A DNA stretch of 64,000 bases from Candidatus Binatia bacterium (GTDB lineage Bacteria; Desulfobacterota; Binatia; UBA9968; JAJDTQ01). Position 1 is the first letter of the stretch, and the number at the start of each line of letters is the position of its first letter. Where the stretch lies: the NCBI GenBank assembly GCA_963666515.2, contig OY762897.2, positions 4,032,001 to 4,096,000 of the forward strand, read 5' to 3'. The position numbers and the translations under genes are program-made. The notes under the pieces are model-generated. The model was not told the DNA's origin. It searched no databases and worked only from the letters and a program-made list of their open reading frames with translations. Below, in pieces: positions 10,063 to 20,095 of the stretch.

Positions 10063-10080
10063 ACTTCGACTGTATGGCCA
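10056..10080. promoter_or_regulatory. Palindromic operator overlapping the RHH start codon
   Basis: TGGCCATAC-TTCGACT-GTATGGCCA, a perfect 9-bp inverted repeat. Confidence 0.55.
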
Positions 10081-10207
10081 TCTCCTGATCGAGTCAATGT
10101 CTCCGGCATGTCGTGTCCTGGGCGACAGTAGCGAGGGAAACGGCCGTAGGGCATAGTCTGGTTATTGACATCTTTGCCCGCTTGGCGGGTGGTCGTAGGG
10201 AGTCAAC

Positions 10208-11287
10208 GTGGCGCAACGTAGCTGTCCCATTACGGGGGAAATGGCGGAGATAGCCGAATCTCCGGGGCATGTGGTTGTCGAGCATTCGAGACACGGGGGA
10301 TACGTGCTCGACGCCGATGCCCTGCCGGCTCTCGCCGTTGACGCCGAGGCAAGGGCGCGAATGGCGCGCTGGCTCCAAGAAACCTGCTCTCTGAGTCTTG
10401 CAATACCGAACCTCACCGTCGAGCACGTCGATCTCTTTGGGCGCCTTGCCGGTCTGGAGGCGCGTGTTGCGGAATGGCACGAACTGCATCGAGCCATCAA
10501 ACCCGAGGATGAGGAGCGACTGTGGAGGAAGCTCAGACTCGAATGGAACTACAACAGCAACCACATAGAGGGAAACACCCTGACCTACCACGAGACCGAG
10601 TTGTTGCTTCTCTATGACCGAGTGGCGGGCGGGCATCCGATGCGGGACTACGAGGAAATGAAGGCTCACAACGTTGCCGTCGATCACGCTCGCCAGATCG
10701 CTAACTCCGAGCAGGCGCTTGGAGAAGGTGACGTAAGGGACCTGAACAAGATACTCCTGAAGGAGCCGTTCTACCAGAATGCGGAGACGCCCGACGGCCA
10801 GCCTACTCGGAAACGTATCATTCCGGGCCAATACAAGACACAGCCTAATCACGTTCGAACGGCTACCGGAGAACTGCATCGATTCGCCGAGCCCGAGGAA
10901 ACCCCGGCGTTGATGGAGGGCTGGACTCGTGATTTCCGTCGCGATCTGAGCCGGAGCGCCTACCCCCTGCCGCTGTTCCTGGCGGAGTCTCATTGGAATT
11001 TCGTGCGCATTCATCCGTTCGACGACGGCAACGGTCGCACCGCGCGCCTGATCACGAACTATGTCCTGCTGAGACAGAATCTGCCGCCGATGGTCATCAA
11101 GAGCGACCACCGGGACTATTACATCGGTGCGTTGCAACACGCCGATCTGGGCCAAGTCCTACCGCTTGCCCGGTTCATGTTGGAGAACGTCTTGTGGTCG
11201 CTCGACGTGGCGATCCGGATTGCCAGAGGGGAATCGGTTCAGGAACCGGGGGATCCGGGGAGAGGACCGGGCAGTCTCGTCTGGTGA
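10208..11287 (+). CDS. Fic domain protein with an N-terminal extension
   Basis: Canonical HPFDDGNGRTAR motif and inhibitory-type NSNHIEGN motif. GTG start after AGGGAG. Confidence 0.92.
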   Translation: MAQRSCPITGEMAEIAESPGHVVVEHSRHGGYVLDADALPALAVDAEARARMARWLQETCSLSLAIPNLTVEHVDLFGRLAGLEARVAEWHELHRAIKPEDEERLWRKLRLEWNYNSNHIEGNTLTYHETELLLLYDRVAGGHPMRDYEEMKAHNVAVDHARQIANSEQALGEGDVRDLNKILLKEPFYQNAETPDGQPTRKRIIPGQYKTQPNHVRTATGELHRFAEPEETPALMEGWTRDFRRDLSRSAYPLPLFLAESHWNFVRIHPFDDGNGRTARLITNYVLLRQNLPPMVIKSDHRDYYIGALQHADLGQVLPLARFMLENVLWSLDVAIRIARGESVQEPGDPGRGPGSLVW

Positions 11288-11306
11288 CGCCGCACGCTTG
11301 GATCAC

Positions 11307-12347
11307 CTACACCAACCGCACCCCATACTCCTCCCGTCCCGTCACATGCCCGACGATGGAAGCCGCCGGCACGTCGTGGTCCACCAGCGCCTTTACCAGC
11401 GCCTCGCCGTCCTTTTCCGCAACGGCGATGAGCAGGCCGCCGGAGGTCTGGGGGTCGAGGGCGGCCTCGGCGAGGGCGTCGGAGACGGTGTCGGCGATGA
11501 CGGTCTTGTCGTCGAGGTACTCGCGGTTGCGCTTGCAGCCGCCGGTGAGGTTGCCGGTCTCGGCGAGTTGCGCCACGTCGGCGATGAGCGGCAGCCGTGA
11601 AGCCTCGAAGGTGATGCTGACGTTGCCGTCCAGGGTCATCTCCAGGCCGTGGCCCAGCAGGCCGTAGCCGGTGACGTCGGAGCAGGCGTGGACGTCGTAG
11701 TCCTTCATGACCGCGGCGGCGTACTTGTTGAGCGTCGCCATGGACGCCACCGCCTGGTCGATGCTCGCCTTGGAAGCGTTGCCGCGCTTCAAGGCGGTGG
11801 TGGCGATGCCGGTCCCCAGCGGCTTGGTGAGGATCAGCACGTCGCCCTCCCGGGCGCCGACGTTGCGCAGGATGCGGTCGGGGTGGACTGTGCCGGTGAC
11901 GGCCAGTCCGTACTTGATCTCCTCGTCGATGATGGAGTGGCCGCCGACGATGACGGCGCCGGATTCCTTGACCTTGTCGGCGCCGCCCCGCAGCACCTCG
12001 CCCAGCACCTCGATCTCCATCTTCCCCTTGGGGAAGCAGACGATGTTGAGGGCGGTGGCGGGCTCGCCGCCCATGGCGTACACGTCGCTGAGCGAGTTGG
12101 TGGCGGCGATCTGGCCGAACATGTAGGGGTCGTCGACGATGGGCGTGAAGAAATCCACGGTGTTGACGATGGCCAGGTCGGGACGCAACCGGAACACGCC
12201 GGCGTCGTCGGCCGTCTCGGTGCCTACCAGCAGTTCAGCGGATTCGAACTTGGGAAGCCGGTGCAGGACCTGCACCAGATCGGCGGGGCCGAGCTTGGCC
12301 GCTCAACCCGCGGCCTTGACTTCCTGGGTCAACCGGATCGGTTCCAT
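11307..12347 (-). CDS. selD: Selenide, water dikinase (selenophosphate synthetase), selenocysteine-containing
   Basis: From ATG 12347 the frame reads MEPIRLTQEVKAAG-[TGA 12305-12303]-AAKLGPADL...DDAGV...VDFFTPIVDD...SDVTGYGLLGH...DPQTSGGLL. UxxK replaces the CxxK active-site motif. 346 aa with Sec. Confidence 0.95.
12258..12278 (-). promoter_or_regulatory. Putative bacterial SECIS hairpin in selD
   Basis: The mRNA reads CUGGUGCAG-GUC-CUGCACCGG starting 24 nt after the UGA. It resembles the E. coli fdhF SECIS upper stem (GGUUGCAGGUCUGCACC). Confidence 0.75.
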
Positions 12348-12398
12348 GGTCTATCTCCGTTCGTCCTGAGCCTTGGGCGACCGCGGGTCGCCCCTCCG

Positions 12399-14309
12399 TC
12401 AACCCCTCCCCGGCTTGAGCTTCCTCACGTCGCCCACCCGCATGGTCACGCCGGTGCGGTCGAAGTGCTCCAGGACGGGGATGGTGTACTTGCGGCTCGA
12501 CTGCAGGATGTCCCTGAAGGTGGCCGCGCTCATCTCCTCGTGGTTCTCGAAGTAGCTATATAAATCGGCCTTGATCCTGTCAATGGAGTCCTTGAGGTAG
12601 TACAGCTCGGTGGTCACCCGGACGATCTCCCCCTGCCGTTCCATGACCCGGATGACCTCATTCAGCTTCGGGCGCTCGACTCCGATGGCCTTCTCGATCT
12701 CCTTGAGGTAGGGCGGGGCGAGGGGGTTCCTGGCCAGCGCGGCCGTGATCTTGCCGGACAGCGACTTCTCCTGCGCGCCCAGCTCCACGCGGTGGTCCGG
12801 CAGGCGCAGGTGGTTGCCGTCCCGGGCGCACACGCCCTCGGCCGCCAGCAGGTCTGCCAGGTCCCGGAACAGCCGCGCCGACACCCCGGCGGCCAGTCTC
12901 GCGCGGACCTCCTCCAGGTCCATGCCCGGCGCCAGCGGATGGCTCTTGTGGAACGCCTCCAGGGTGGTGCGGAGCCGCTCCCGAAAGCTGTTCCACTTCT
13001 CCTCGGTGGTGTAGACGCGCTCCCGTTCGGAATCGAAGGAGCGGAGCCCCTCCGTTCGATCCAGCCAGCCGCGCGTCTCCTCCCGCTTGAGGTTGAGGAA
13101 CTGGCAGATGGCGTCGACCCCGGTAGCCAGGCTCGTGTCCCCGTCCAGGAAGCTGCGGATCATCTCGGGCGTGTCGCCTTCGCGCAACGTCCGCAGCCGC
13201 TGCTCGACGTCCCTCTCCCGACGCCGGTGCCGGGGCGCCCGCGGGTCCACGACCTCGCCGCCCCCCAGGGTCCGTTGCGCGGTCTCGTCCCGCACGATGA
13301 AGTGGTCGCCGCGCATGACCAGCAGCGGCTCGGTCAGCAGCGTCTGGCAGTAGGCCGTCTCCTTGGGCTCCACCTTCTCGGTGTCGCCCAGGAAGATCAG
13401 CTTGCCCATGCGCTCGGCGGTGCCGAGGTGGATGCGCACCCGCTGGTGGTTGCGGATCCCCTTGGCGGCCGCGGGCCGTACCTCCAGGTGCGCATCGAAC
13501 CGGGTCGAGGCCAGGGTCAGCTCCTCGTGGCAGATCATGTGGCCGCGCTCCAGGGCGCCGCGTTCCTGGCCGGTGAGGTTCAGGGCCACGCGCTGGCCCC
13601 AGCCCGCGGACTCCACCGACTGGCCGTGCACCTGGATGCTGCGCACGCGGAACTTCTGGCCGCCCGGCACCGCGTGCACGTGGTCGCCGGTGCGCACCTC
13701 GCCCGCCAAGCCGGTGCCGGTGACGATGACCCCGTGGCCCTGCAGCACGAACACCCGGTCCACCGGCAGCCGGAAGAAGCCGCTGGGGGCGGGCCGGTCG
13801 ATGCCCGCCAGCGCGTCGAAGATGCCGTTCCGTACATCTTCCAGGCCTTCCCCGGAAACCGCGGAGAAGCGCGCCACCGGCGATCCTTCCAGCGCGGTCT
13901 CGAAGGTGAGTATCTCGATCTCCTCCTCCACCTCGCGCACCCGCGCCTCGGACACCAGGTCCACCTTGGTGATGACGAACAGCGCCGTCCGCACCCCCAG
14001 GAGGTGGACGATGTCCAGGTGCTCCTCGGTCTGCGGCATGACGCCGTCGTCAGCCGCAACCGTGAACAGCACGAGGTCGATGCCGTGGGCGCCGGCCAGC
14101 ATGTTGCGGATGAAACGCTCGTGGCCGGGCACGTCCACGATGCCCGCCTCGCTGCCGTCCGGCAGCGCCAGGTGCGCGAACCCCAGGTCGATGGAGATGC
14201 CCCGCTCCTTCTCCTCCTTGAGGCGGTCGGTGTCCTTGCCGGTGAGGGCCTTGATGAGGCTCGTCTTGCCGTGGTCGATGTGTCCGGCGGTTCCGATGAT
14301 GTAGGGCAT
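12399..14309 (-). CDS. selB: Selenocysteine-specific elongation factor
   Basis: GTAGHIDHGKT, GISIDLGF, DVPGHERF and C-terminal winged-helix motif SSRKYTIPVLEHFD. Confidence 0.97.
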   Translation of the reverse strand: MPYIIGTAGHIDHGKTSLIKALTGKDTDRLKEEKERGISIDLGFAHLALPDGSEAGIVDVPGHERFIRNMLAGAHGIDLVLFTVAADDGVMPQTEEHLDIVHLLGVRTALFVITKVDLVSEARVREVEEEIEILTFETALEGSPVARFSAVSGEGLEDVRNGIFDALAGIDRPAPSGFFRLPVDRVFVLQGHGVIVTGTGLAGEVRTGDHVHAVPGGQKFRVRSIQVHGQSVESAGWGQRVALNLTGQERGALERGHMICHEELTLASTRFDAHLEVRPAAAKGIRNHQRVRIHLGTAERMGKLIFLGDTEKVEPKETAYCQTLLTEPLLVMRGDHFIVRDETAQRTLGGGEVVDPRAPRHRRRERDVEQRLRTLREGDTPEMIRSFLDGDTSLATGVDAICQFLNLKREETRGWLDRTEGLRSFDSERERVYTTEEKWNSFRERLRTTLEAFHKSHPLAPGMDLEEVRARLAAGVSARLFRDLADLLAAEGVCARDGNHLRLPDHRVELGAQEKSLSGKITAALARNPLAPPYLKEIEKAIGVERPKLNEVIRVMERQGEIVRVTTELYYLKDSIDRIKADLYSYFENHEEMSAATFRDILQSSRKYTIPVLEHFDRTGVTMRVGDVRKLKPGRG

Positions 14310-14325
14310 GGCGTTTCCGTTCGCG

Positions 14326-15729
14326 TCACCGGCCTTCTCCGGGTTCCGGGAGGTTGGGCGCCAGCGCCTCGGGATCGCCGGCGCTCCTGAGATCGAGGAT
14401 GAAGCGGTCGTTCTTGATGCGTCCGATGATCGGCGGGTCGGCGGTCCAGAACAGCCGCGCCACCTGGTCGGCGCTCATGTCTCGGCCGCTGACCGCGATG
14501 CCCTTGCTGGGAATCTCCTCGGTGGGGAGGGCGCCGCTGCCGATCTGGCAGGTGGAGTCCACCAGCTCCAGCTCGTAGTCCGGCCCCAGCCGTTGCCGCA
14601 GCAGCGGCAGCACCTTCCGGCCGCCTTCCTCGATCTCGTCGAGGGGGCGGCTGAAGGCCCGCAGGGTGGGGATCTCGTCGAGCAGTTCCGGGGACTGGAC
14701 ATAGCTCCTGAGCGTCGCTTCCAGCGCCGCCAGCGTCAGCTTGTCGCAGCGCAGGGCGCGCTTCAGAGGATTGCGGTTCATGCGGTCGATCCAGCCCTCC
14801 TTTCCGGCCACGAGCCCCGCCTGGGGACCGCCCAGGATCTTGTCGCCGCTGAAGGTGACCACGTCCGCGCCCATGCCCACGCGCTCGGCCACCAGCGGCT
14901 CCCGCGGCAGCCCCATCTGGGCGAGGTCCACCAGCGCGCCGCTGCCCAAGTCCTCCATCACCGGCACGCCGCGCTCCCGGCCGATGGCCACCAAGTCCTT
15001 GAGTTCCACCTCCGCGGCGAACCCCACCACCCGGTAGTTGCTGGTGTGCACCTTGAGCAGCAGCCCGGTGTTCTCGTCGATGGCCTCGGCGTAGTCCCGC
15101 GGGTGGGTGCGGTTGGTGGTGCCCACCTCCCGGAGTACGGCGCCGCTCTTGGCCATGACCTCCGGGATGCGGAACGAGCCGCCGATCTCGATCAACTCGC
15201 CGCGGGACACGATGACGTGCTTACCCTCGGCCATGGAATTGAGCCCCAGCAGCACCGCCGCGGCGTTGTTGTTCACCACGGCCGCGGCTTCGGCACCGGT
15301 CAGCTCCCGGAGCAGCGATTCGATGGCGTCCTCTCGCTGGCCGCGCCTGCCCTGGCGGAGGTCGAACTCCAGGTTGACGGGATGGCGCGCCACCATCCCC
15401 ACGGCCTCGGCCGCGGCCTCCGACAGCAGCGCCCGCCCCAGGTTCGTATGGAGGATGGTCCCGGAAGCGTTCACCACCCGGACCATGCCCGGACGGGCGG
15501 CCCGGGTCAGCTTCTTTTCCAGGTCCGTTATGATAGATTCGTCCTGCAGCCGGTCGGAGGAAAGTTCCCGGCCGGACTTGATGCCCTCCCGCAGCTCGTC
15601 GATCAGGACGCGCAGGGTTTCCGTCACGAACCGCCGGCTGAACCGCTCCAGCAGCGGCGCCGCGGCGGGGTGGGTCATGACGCGGTCCACGGAGGGCAGC
15701 TCGCGCAGCAGGTTCGTTTCCGGTTTCAT
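14326..15729 (-). CDS. selA: L-seryl-tRNA(Sec) selenium transferase
   Basis: HTNLGRA, VVNNNAAAV, SRGELIEIGGSFRIP, EVGTTNRT and FSGDKILGGPQAG (PLP lysine). Confidence 0.97.
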   Translation of the reverse strand: MKPETNLLRELPSVDRVMTHPAAAPLLERFSRRFVTETLRVLIDELREGIKSGRELSSDRLQDESIITDLEKKLTRAARPGMVRVVNASGTILHTNLGRALLSEAAAEAVGMVARHPVNLEFDLRQGRRGQREDAIESLLRELTGAEAAAVVNNNAAAVLLGLNSMAEGKHVIVSRGELIEIGGSFRIPEVMAKSGAVLREVGTTNRTHPRDYAEAIDENTGLLLKVHTSNYRVVGFAAEVELKDLVAIGRERGVPVMEDLGSGALVDLAQMGLPREPLVAERVGMGADVVTFSGDKILGGPQAGLVAGKEGWIDRMNRNPLKRALRCDKLTLAALEATLRSYVQSPELLDEIPTLRAFSRPLDEIEEGGRKVLPLLRQRLGPDYELELVDSTCQIGSGALPTEEIPSKGIAVSGRDMSADQVARLFWTADPPIIGRIKNDRFILDLRSAGDPEALAPNLPEPGEGR

Positions 15730-15799
15730 CGGTTCGTGACGCAGGCGCCAAGCCTCAAACTAACCCCTCGCCGGGGCAGACGCAAATCTCGCCGCCAAC

Positions 15800-17002
15800 G
15801 TGACCACACCTTCTCCACCCGAGCCCCGGCGCTGGTTCTTCCTGTTCATCGCCACGCTGTCGCAGACGGCGATGTCCACCATCCACATGGGCATCCCGAC
15901 CGTGGTGCCGCTCATTCAGGCCGAGCTGGGCCTGAACCTCACCGAGGTCGGGGTCCTGGTTTCGATGATCAACGTCGGGGTGGTGGCCGCGGTGCTGGGC
16001 ATGGGCAAGGCCGCGGACCGCTACGGCGAGCGGCGCGTCATCGGCTACGGCACCGCGGCCTGCGGCCTGCTGGTGCTGACGGTGCACTTCGCTGGCGGCT
16101 TCATTGGATTGCTGGTGGTGTTCCTGCTCCTGGGGGTGCCGGTGGCCACCAGCACGCCGGCAGGCAGCAAGGCGGTGGCGGGATGGTTCCCGGACCGGGA
16201 ACGGGGCATGGCCATGGGCGTGCGGCAGACCGGCATTCCCCTGGGCGGCACCATCGGCGCGCTGACGCTGCCGGCCATGGGCCTGGTGTTCGGCTGGCGC
16301 TGGGCGCTGTCCCTGGTGGGAGTGGTCACCATCCTCGCCGGACTGATGGTGCTGGTCTGCTACAGGGAGCCCGAGCGGCCTCCGGCCGCGGGCGGCACGG
16401 CCCCCGTGGGCGGCCTCAAGGACATCGTGCGGCGCTCGGACATCTGGGCCGCGGCGTTCTACGCCTCGGTGCTGGCCGGGTGCCAGTGGTGCTACATCAG
16501 CTACATCGAGCTGTACCTCACCGAGCACATCTTCTACCCGCTGGTGTTCGCCGCCCACCTTCTGGCGGTGGGCCAGGCCTGCGGCGGCGCCGGCCGCATC
16601 GTCTTCGGCATCGCCAGCGACCGCCTTTTCTTCGGACGGCGCGTGCCGGTGCTGGTGATGCTGGGCCTTCTCGGCGCCGCCGCCGGCGTGGCCACGGCCC
16701 TGCTGTCACCGGGCATGCCGGCGTGGCTCGTGGCCCTGGTGGTCTGGCTCCTCGGCCTCGGCACCATGAGCTGGCAGGGACTGTACCTCGCCCTGGTGGC
16801 CAAGATCGCCGGCACCCGCGTGGCCGGCGTCGCCATCGGCATGACCAACACCGTGGCGTTCGTGGGCGTGGTGGTGCTGCCGCCCATCTTCGGCTCCATC
16901 GCCGACTACACGGAGTCCTACGAGGCGGCCTGGGTCGCCATGGCCGTCGCCATCGCGCTGCCGCTGCCGTTCCTGTGGAGGGTGAGGGAGGATTCGCTGT
17001 AG
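15800..17002 (+). CDS. MFS transporter
   Basis: 400 aa, about 12 TM segments. GKAADRYGERRV motif A and WFPDRERG. Confidence 0.9.
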   Translation: MTTPSPPEPRRWFFLFIATLSQTAMSTIHMGIPTVVPLIQAELGLNLTEVGVLVSMINVGVVAAVLGMGKAADRYGERRVIGYGTAACGLLVLTVHFAGGFIGLLVVFLLLGVPVATSTPAGSKAVAGWFPDRERGMAMGVRQTGIPLGGTIGALTLPAMGLVFGWRWALSLVGVVTILAGLMVLVCYREPERPPAAGGTAPVGGLKDIVRRSDIWAAAFYASVLAGCQWCYISYIELYLTEHIFYPLVFAAHLLAVGQACGGAGRIVFGIASDRLFFGRRVPVLVMLGLLGAAAGVATALLSPGMPAWLVALVVWLLGLGTMSWQGLYLALVAKIAGTRVAGVAIGMTNTVAFVGVVVLPPIFGSIADYTESYEAAWVAMAVAIALPLPFLWRVREDSL

Positions 17003-17008
17003 GTCCCG

Positions 17009-17845
17009 TCAGCGTGCCAGGCAGTGCTCCGCGATCTCGCGGTAGGTGGGCTGCCAGATCTCGCTACGGTGCCGGTTGGCGTACTCGATGATGCGCTCGA
17101 AACCGATGGCGAGATACGGCCGGCCGCCCAGCTCGGCGTGGACGCAGGCGTCGATCATTCCCGGGCGGCCGCCCTTGGCCTCCTCGTAGATGAAATCGAA
17201 GCCGTCCTTGAACCCGGTGAAGAAGGTGCCGGCGTTGCCCAGGCCGTTGCCCCAGGCGCGCCAGTCGTTGGCGTACCAGGTCTTGGGGATGACGCAGATG
17301 CGGCGGCCGTTGACCGATGCGACGTAGGGAACGTCGTCGTCCGAGGGGTCGCCGGACCACAGGTAGCCCGCTTCGGCCAGGAACCCCAGGGTCACGTCGG
17401 TATGGTGGCCGCCGGGACCGAACCAGCCCACCGGCCGCGTCCCGGTGATGTCTTCCAGTATCCGGGTGCAGGAGTCGATCTCCTCCTTCTGCTCCTCCGG
17501 GCTCAACTCCACCATGCTGACCTCGTTGGTGGTGCCGTGCCCGGCGATCTCGTGGCCGGCTTCGTGCAGCGCGCGCACCGCGTCCGGCCATTTCTCCGCG
17601 GCCAGCGAGTTCACCAGCACCATGGCGCGGACGTTCTGCCGCTCCAGGATCTCCAGGATGCGCCAGATGCCCACGTTGCCGCCGTACTCCGCGTGGGAGA
17701 GGGAGCTGTGGTTCACGTCGATGCGCGGGTCCATCTTGAAGCGGCCGGTCTTGCGGAAGGCTTCCAAAGCCACGCTGAAGGTGCAGCAGATGAGCTTGTC
17801 GTCCGGCCACCGGATCGTGCGTCTGGAAGCGGAGTCGTTGGCCAT
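17009..17845 (-). CDS. Polysaccharide deacetylase family protein (PuuE/allantoinase-like)
   Basis: WPDDK..., EYGGNVGIWRI, HEIAGHG, RPVGWFGP and DDDVPY motifs. Confidence 0.85.
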   Translation of the reverse strand: MANDSASRRTIRWPDDKLICCTFSVALEAFRKTGRFKMDPRIDVNHSSLSHAEYGGNVGIWRILEILERQNVRAMVLVNSLAAEKWPDAVRALHEAGHEIAGHGTTNEVSMVELSPEEQKEEIDSCTRILEDITGTRPVGWFGPGGHHTDVTLGFLAEAGYLWSGDPSDDDVPYVASVNGRRICVIPKTWYANDWRAWGNGLGNAGTFFTGFKDGFDFIYEEAKGGRPGMIDACVHAELGGRPYLAIGFERIIEYANRHRSEIWQPTYREIAEHCLAR

Positions 17846-17869
17846 GTTTCCTCCCTTTCCCGGATCGGA

Positions 17870-20095
17870 TTACCTCTTTCGTGTCTCTGCGGCGACCACT
17901 GCCAGCGCGTCCAGCGCCAGCCCTCCGGCGCCCCTGGGGCACGCCAGGAAGGGGTTGACGTCCACGCTTTCGATGACGTCTCCGGCCGCGGCCGCCAACC
18001 GGCCCAGGGCCACCAGCGCGTCGACGACGGCGTCGCGGTCGTAGGGTCCCGCGCCGCGGTACCCGTCCAGCAGCCGGCCGACCCGGGTGGATTCGATGAG
18101 CCGCGCAGCCCCTTCGCGGCTGATCCCGGGCGGCCCGAAGGCCACGTCCTTCAGCAGCTCCAGCCACACCCCGCCGGCCCCGAACATGATCACCGCCCCC
18201 ATCTCGGGGTCCCGCTGCATGCCCAGCACCAGTTCCAGCCCGGGCGGGGCCATCCGCGCCACCAGCCAGCCGTCCAGGCGGATGTCCGGGTCGTAGGCCG
18301 CGACGTTTTGCGCGATGTCCCGGCAGGCGCTCTCCACGGCCGCGGCGTCGCCGACGTTGACGCGCACGGCGCCGGCGTCGCTCTTGTGCGTGAGGTTCGC
18401 AGCCACTCCCTTCACCGCCACCGGGTAGCCGATGCGCTCGGCCAGCGCCAGCGCCTCCTCCCCGGTGCGCGCCAGTCCTTCCTCGATGAGCGGAATCCCG
18501 AACGCCGCCACCAGCTCCTTGGATTCAGGCTCGCTCAGCGGAAAGGCCGCGGACGCGCCCTCGGCCCGTCGCCGGAGCGTTTCGACCCGGGCCGCCGCCG
18601 CGGCGGACTCGGGCGCCGATGCCGGCGTCCCCGATGCCGGCAGGGGCGGCGCCGTCGCAGCCCCGGCCTCCCGGACGTTCCGCTGGTAATCCAGCACCGC
18701 GCGGATGGCGCGGAACGCGCGCTCGGGCTCGTTGAGACACGGAACGTGCGGAAAGCGGTTGCGGGCGGCGCGGCTGAACTCCGTCAGGTCGTAGGAAGCC
18801 GGGGACGTCAGCGCGAACGGTTTCTCCGCGGGTCCCAGGAAGCGGTGGTCGATGGCCTCCAGGGTCGCCAGCACCCGCGCGGCGCGCCGGCGGTTGGCGT
18901 CGGTGGCGCCCTCGTGGGGAGGCAGGTCTTCCTGGAACAGCACCATGTCCACGCCCGGGTCGTTGCGCACGGCCTCGACGACCTTCAGCACGTCTTCCAG
19001 AGGGCGGTTGAGATAGCCGTTGGCGTCCAGGGGATTGCTGACGGGCTGCCCCGCGCCCAGGAGTTCCCGGAGGCGCGTGCGCGTTTCCGGCGCGAACTCC
19101 GGCAGCGCCACCCGGTGCCGGTCGGCGGCGTCCTCGGCCAGGCCGCGCACCCCGCCGGAGTACACCAGCACGCCGACGCCCTCGCCCCTGGGCTCGCTCG
19201 CGTGCAGCAGCATGTCGATCACGTCCACGGCGTTGTCGGCGCTCTCCACCCGGATGACGCCGGCCGGACCGGCGACGGCGTCGAAGGCTTCCACCCGGCC
19301 GGCCAGGGAGCCGGTGTGCGAGAGCGCGGCGCGGCGGCCGCCCTCGGACACCCCCATCTTGAGCACCACCACCGGCTTGCCGGCGTCGCGGGCGGCCCGG
19401 CACGCGGCGAGAAAGTCGTCGGACCGCCGCACCGCCTCCACCAGGCAGAAGACCAGCCGCACCTCGGGGTCGGTGACGAAGTAGCGGATGTAGTCCGCGG
19501 TGATGAGCCCGGCCTCGTTGCCGCTGGTGACCACGTAGCTCACGTCGATGCCCCGGTCCATGAGGGTGCGCGCGATGCTGGGCGTGGTGGTGCCGCTCTG
19601 GCCCACCATGGCCACGGGGCCGGGGACCAGCTCCTGCACCCGGTCGTCCGGCAGCGTCAGCAGACGGGCGCGCGCCGACAGGTTGCCGAGGCAGTTGGGC
19701 CCGGAAACGGCGAGGCCGGTGTCCTCGATGGCCTCGCGCAGTTCCGCCTCCAGCGCGCGGCCCTCCGCGGTGCCGGATTCGGAGAAGCCGGTGGCGTAGA
19801 GCGTGGCGCTGCGGGCGCCCATGGCCGCGGCCTCACGCAGGATGCCCGGTACGCTGGCCGCGGCCCGCATCACCACCAGGTGGTCGGGAACCGCGGGAAG
19901 AGAGCGCAGGTCGGGATAGCACTCCACCCCCCATATGCGCTCGTGGTTCGGGTTCACCGGATAGACCGGGCCGTCGAACTCGAAGCGGACCAAGTTGGCG
20001 AAGATGCGCGCCGTCCACCCGGAGGGGTTTTCCCTGGCGCCCAGGATGGCGACGCTGGCGGGATTGAGCAGTGTCGCGACCTTGTCGGTGCTCAT
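17870..20095 (-). CDS. Acetate--CoA ligase (ADP-forming) family acyl-CoA synthetase
   Basis: LNPASVAILGA, GPNCLG, SGNEA, SHTGSLAG (phospho-His), NPLD, HKSDAG and DVNP. Start at ATG 20095. Confidence 0.9.
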   Translation of the reverse strand: MSTDKVATLLNPASVAILGARENPSGWTARIFANLVRFEFDGPVYPVNPNHERIWGVECYPDLRSLPAVPDHLVVMRAAASVPGILREAAAMGARSATLYATGFSESGTAEGRALEAELREAIEDTGLAVSGPNCLGNLSARARLLTLPDDRVQELVPGPVAMVGQSGTTTPSIARTLMDRGIDVSYVVTSGNEAGLITADYIRYFVTDPEVRLVFCLVEAVRRSDDFLAACRAARDAGKPVVVLKMGVSEGGRRAALSHTGSLAGRVEAFDAVAGPAGVIRVESADNAVDVIDMLLHASEPRGEGVGVLVYSGGVRGLAEDAADRHRVALPEFAPETRTRLRELLGAGQPVSNPLDANGYLNRPLEDVLKVVEAVRNDPGVDMVLFQEDLPPHEGATDANRRRAARVLATLEAIDHRFLGPAEKPFALTSPASYDLTEFSRAARNRFPHVPCLNEPERAFRAIRAVLDYQRNVREAGAATAPPLPASGTPASAPESAAAAARVETLRRRAEGASAAFPLSEPESKELVAAFGIPLIEEGLARTGEEALALAERIGYPVAVKGVAANLTHKSDAGAVRVNVGDAAAVESACRDIAQNVAAYDPDIRLDGWLVARMAPPGLELVLGMQRDPEMGAVIMFGAGGVWLELLKDVAFGPPGISREGAARLIESTRVGRLLDGYRGAGPYDRDAVVDALVALGRLAAAAGDVIESVDVNPFLACPRGAGGLALDALAVVAAETRKR

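Noticed and set aside
9710-10081. 123-aa minus-strand ORF overlapping the RHH gene
   Set aside because: It has no recognisable motifs. Its ATG is part of the operator palindrome, and the RHH frame explains the region.
12303-12305. selD as a pseudogene with a premature stop
   Set aside because: The TGA sits at the conserved Cys/Sec position with a SECIS-like hairpin, and selA/selB are adjacent.
15730-15799. Possible selC tRNA next to selA
   Set aside because: The gap is only 70 bp, with no cloverleaf, TCA anticodon arm or T-loop. No tRNA was seen elsewhere in the window.
14308-17091. 927-aa plus-strand ORF
   Set aside because: It is antisense to selA and out of frame with the MFS gene, with low-complexity Arg/Gly/His-rich translation.
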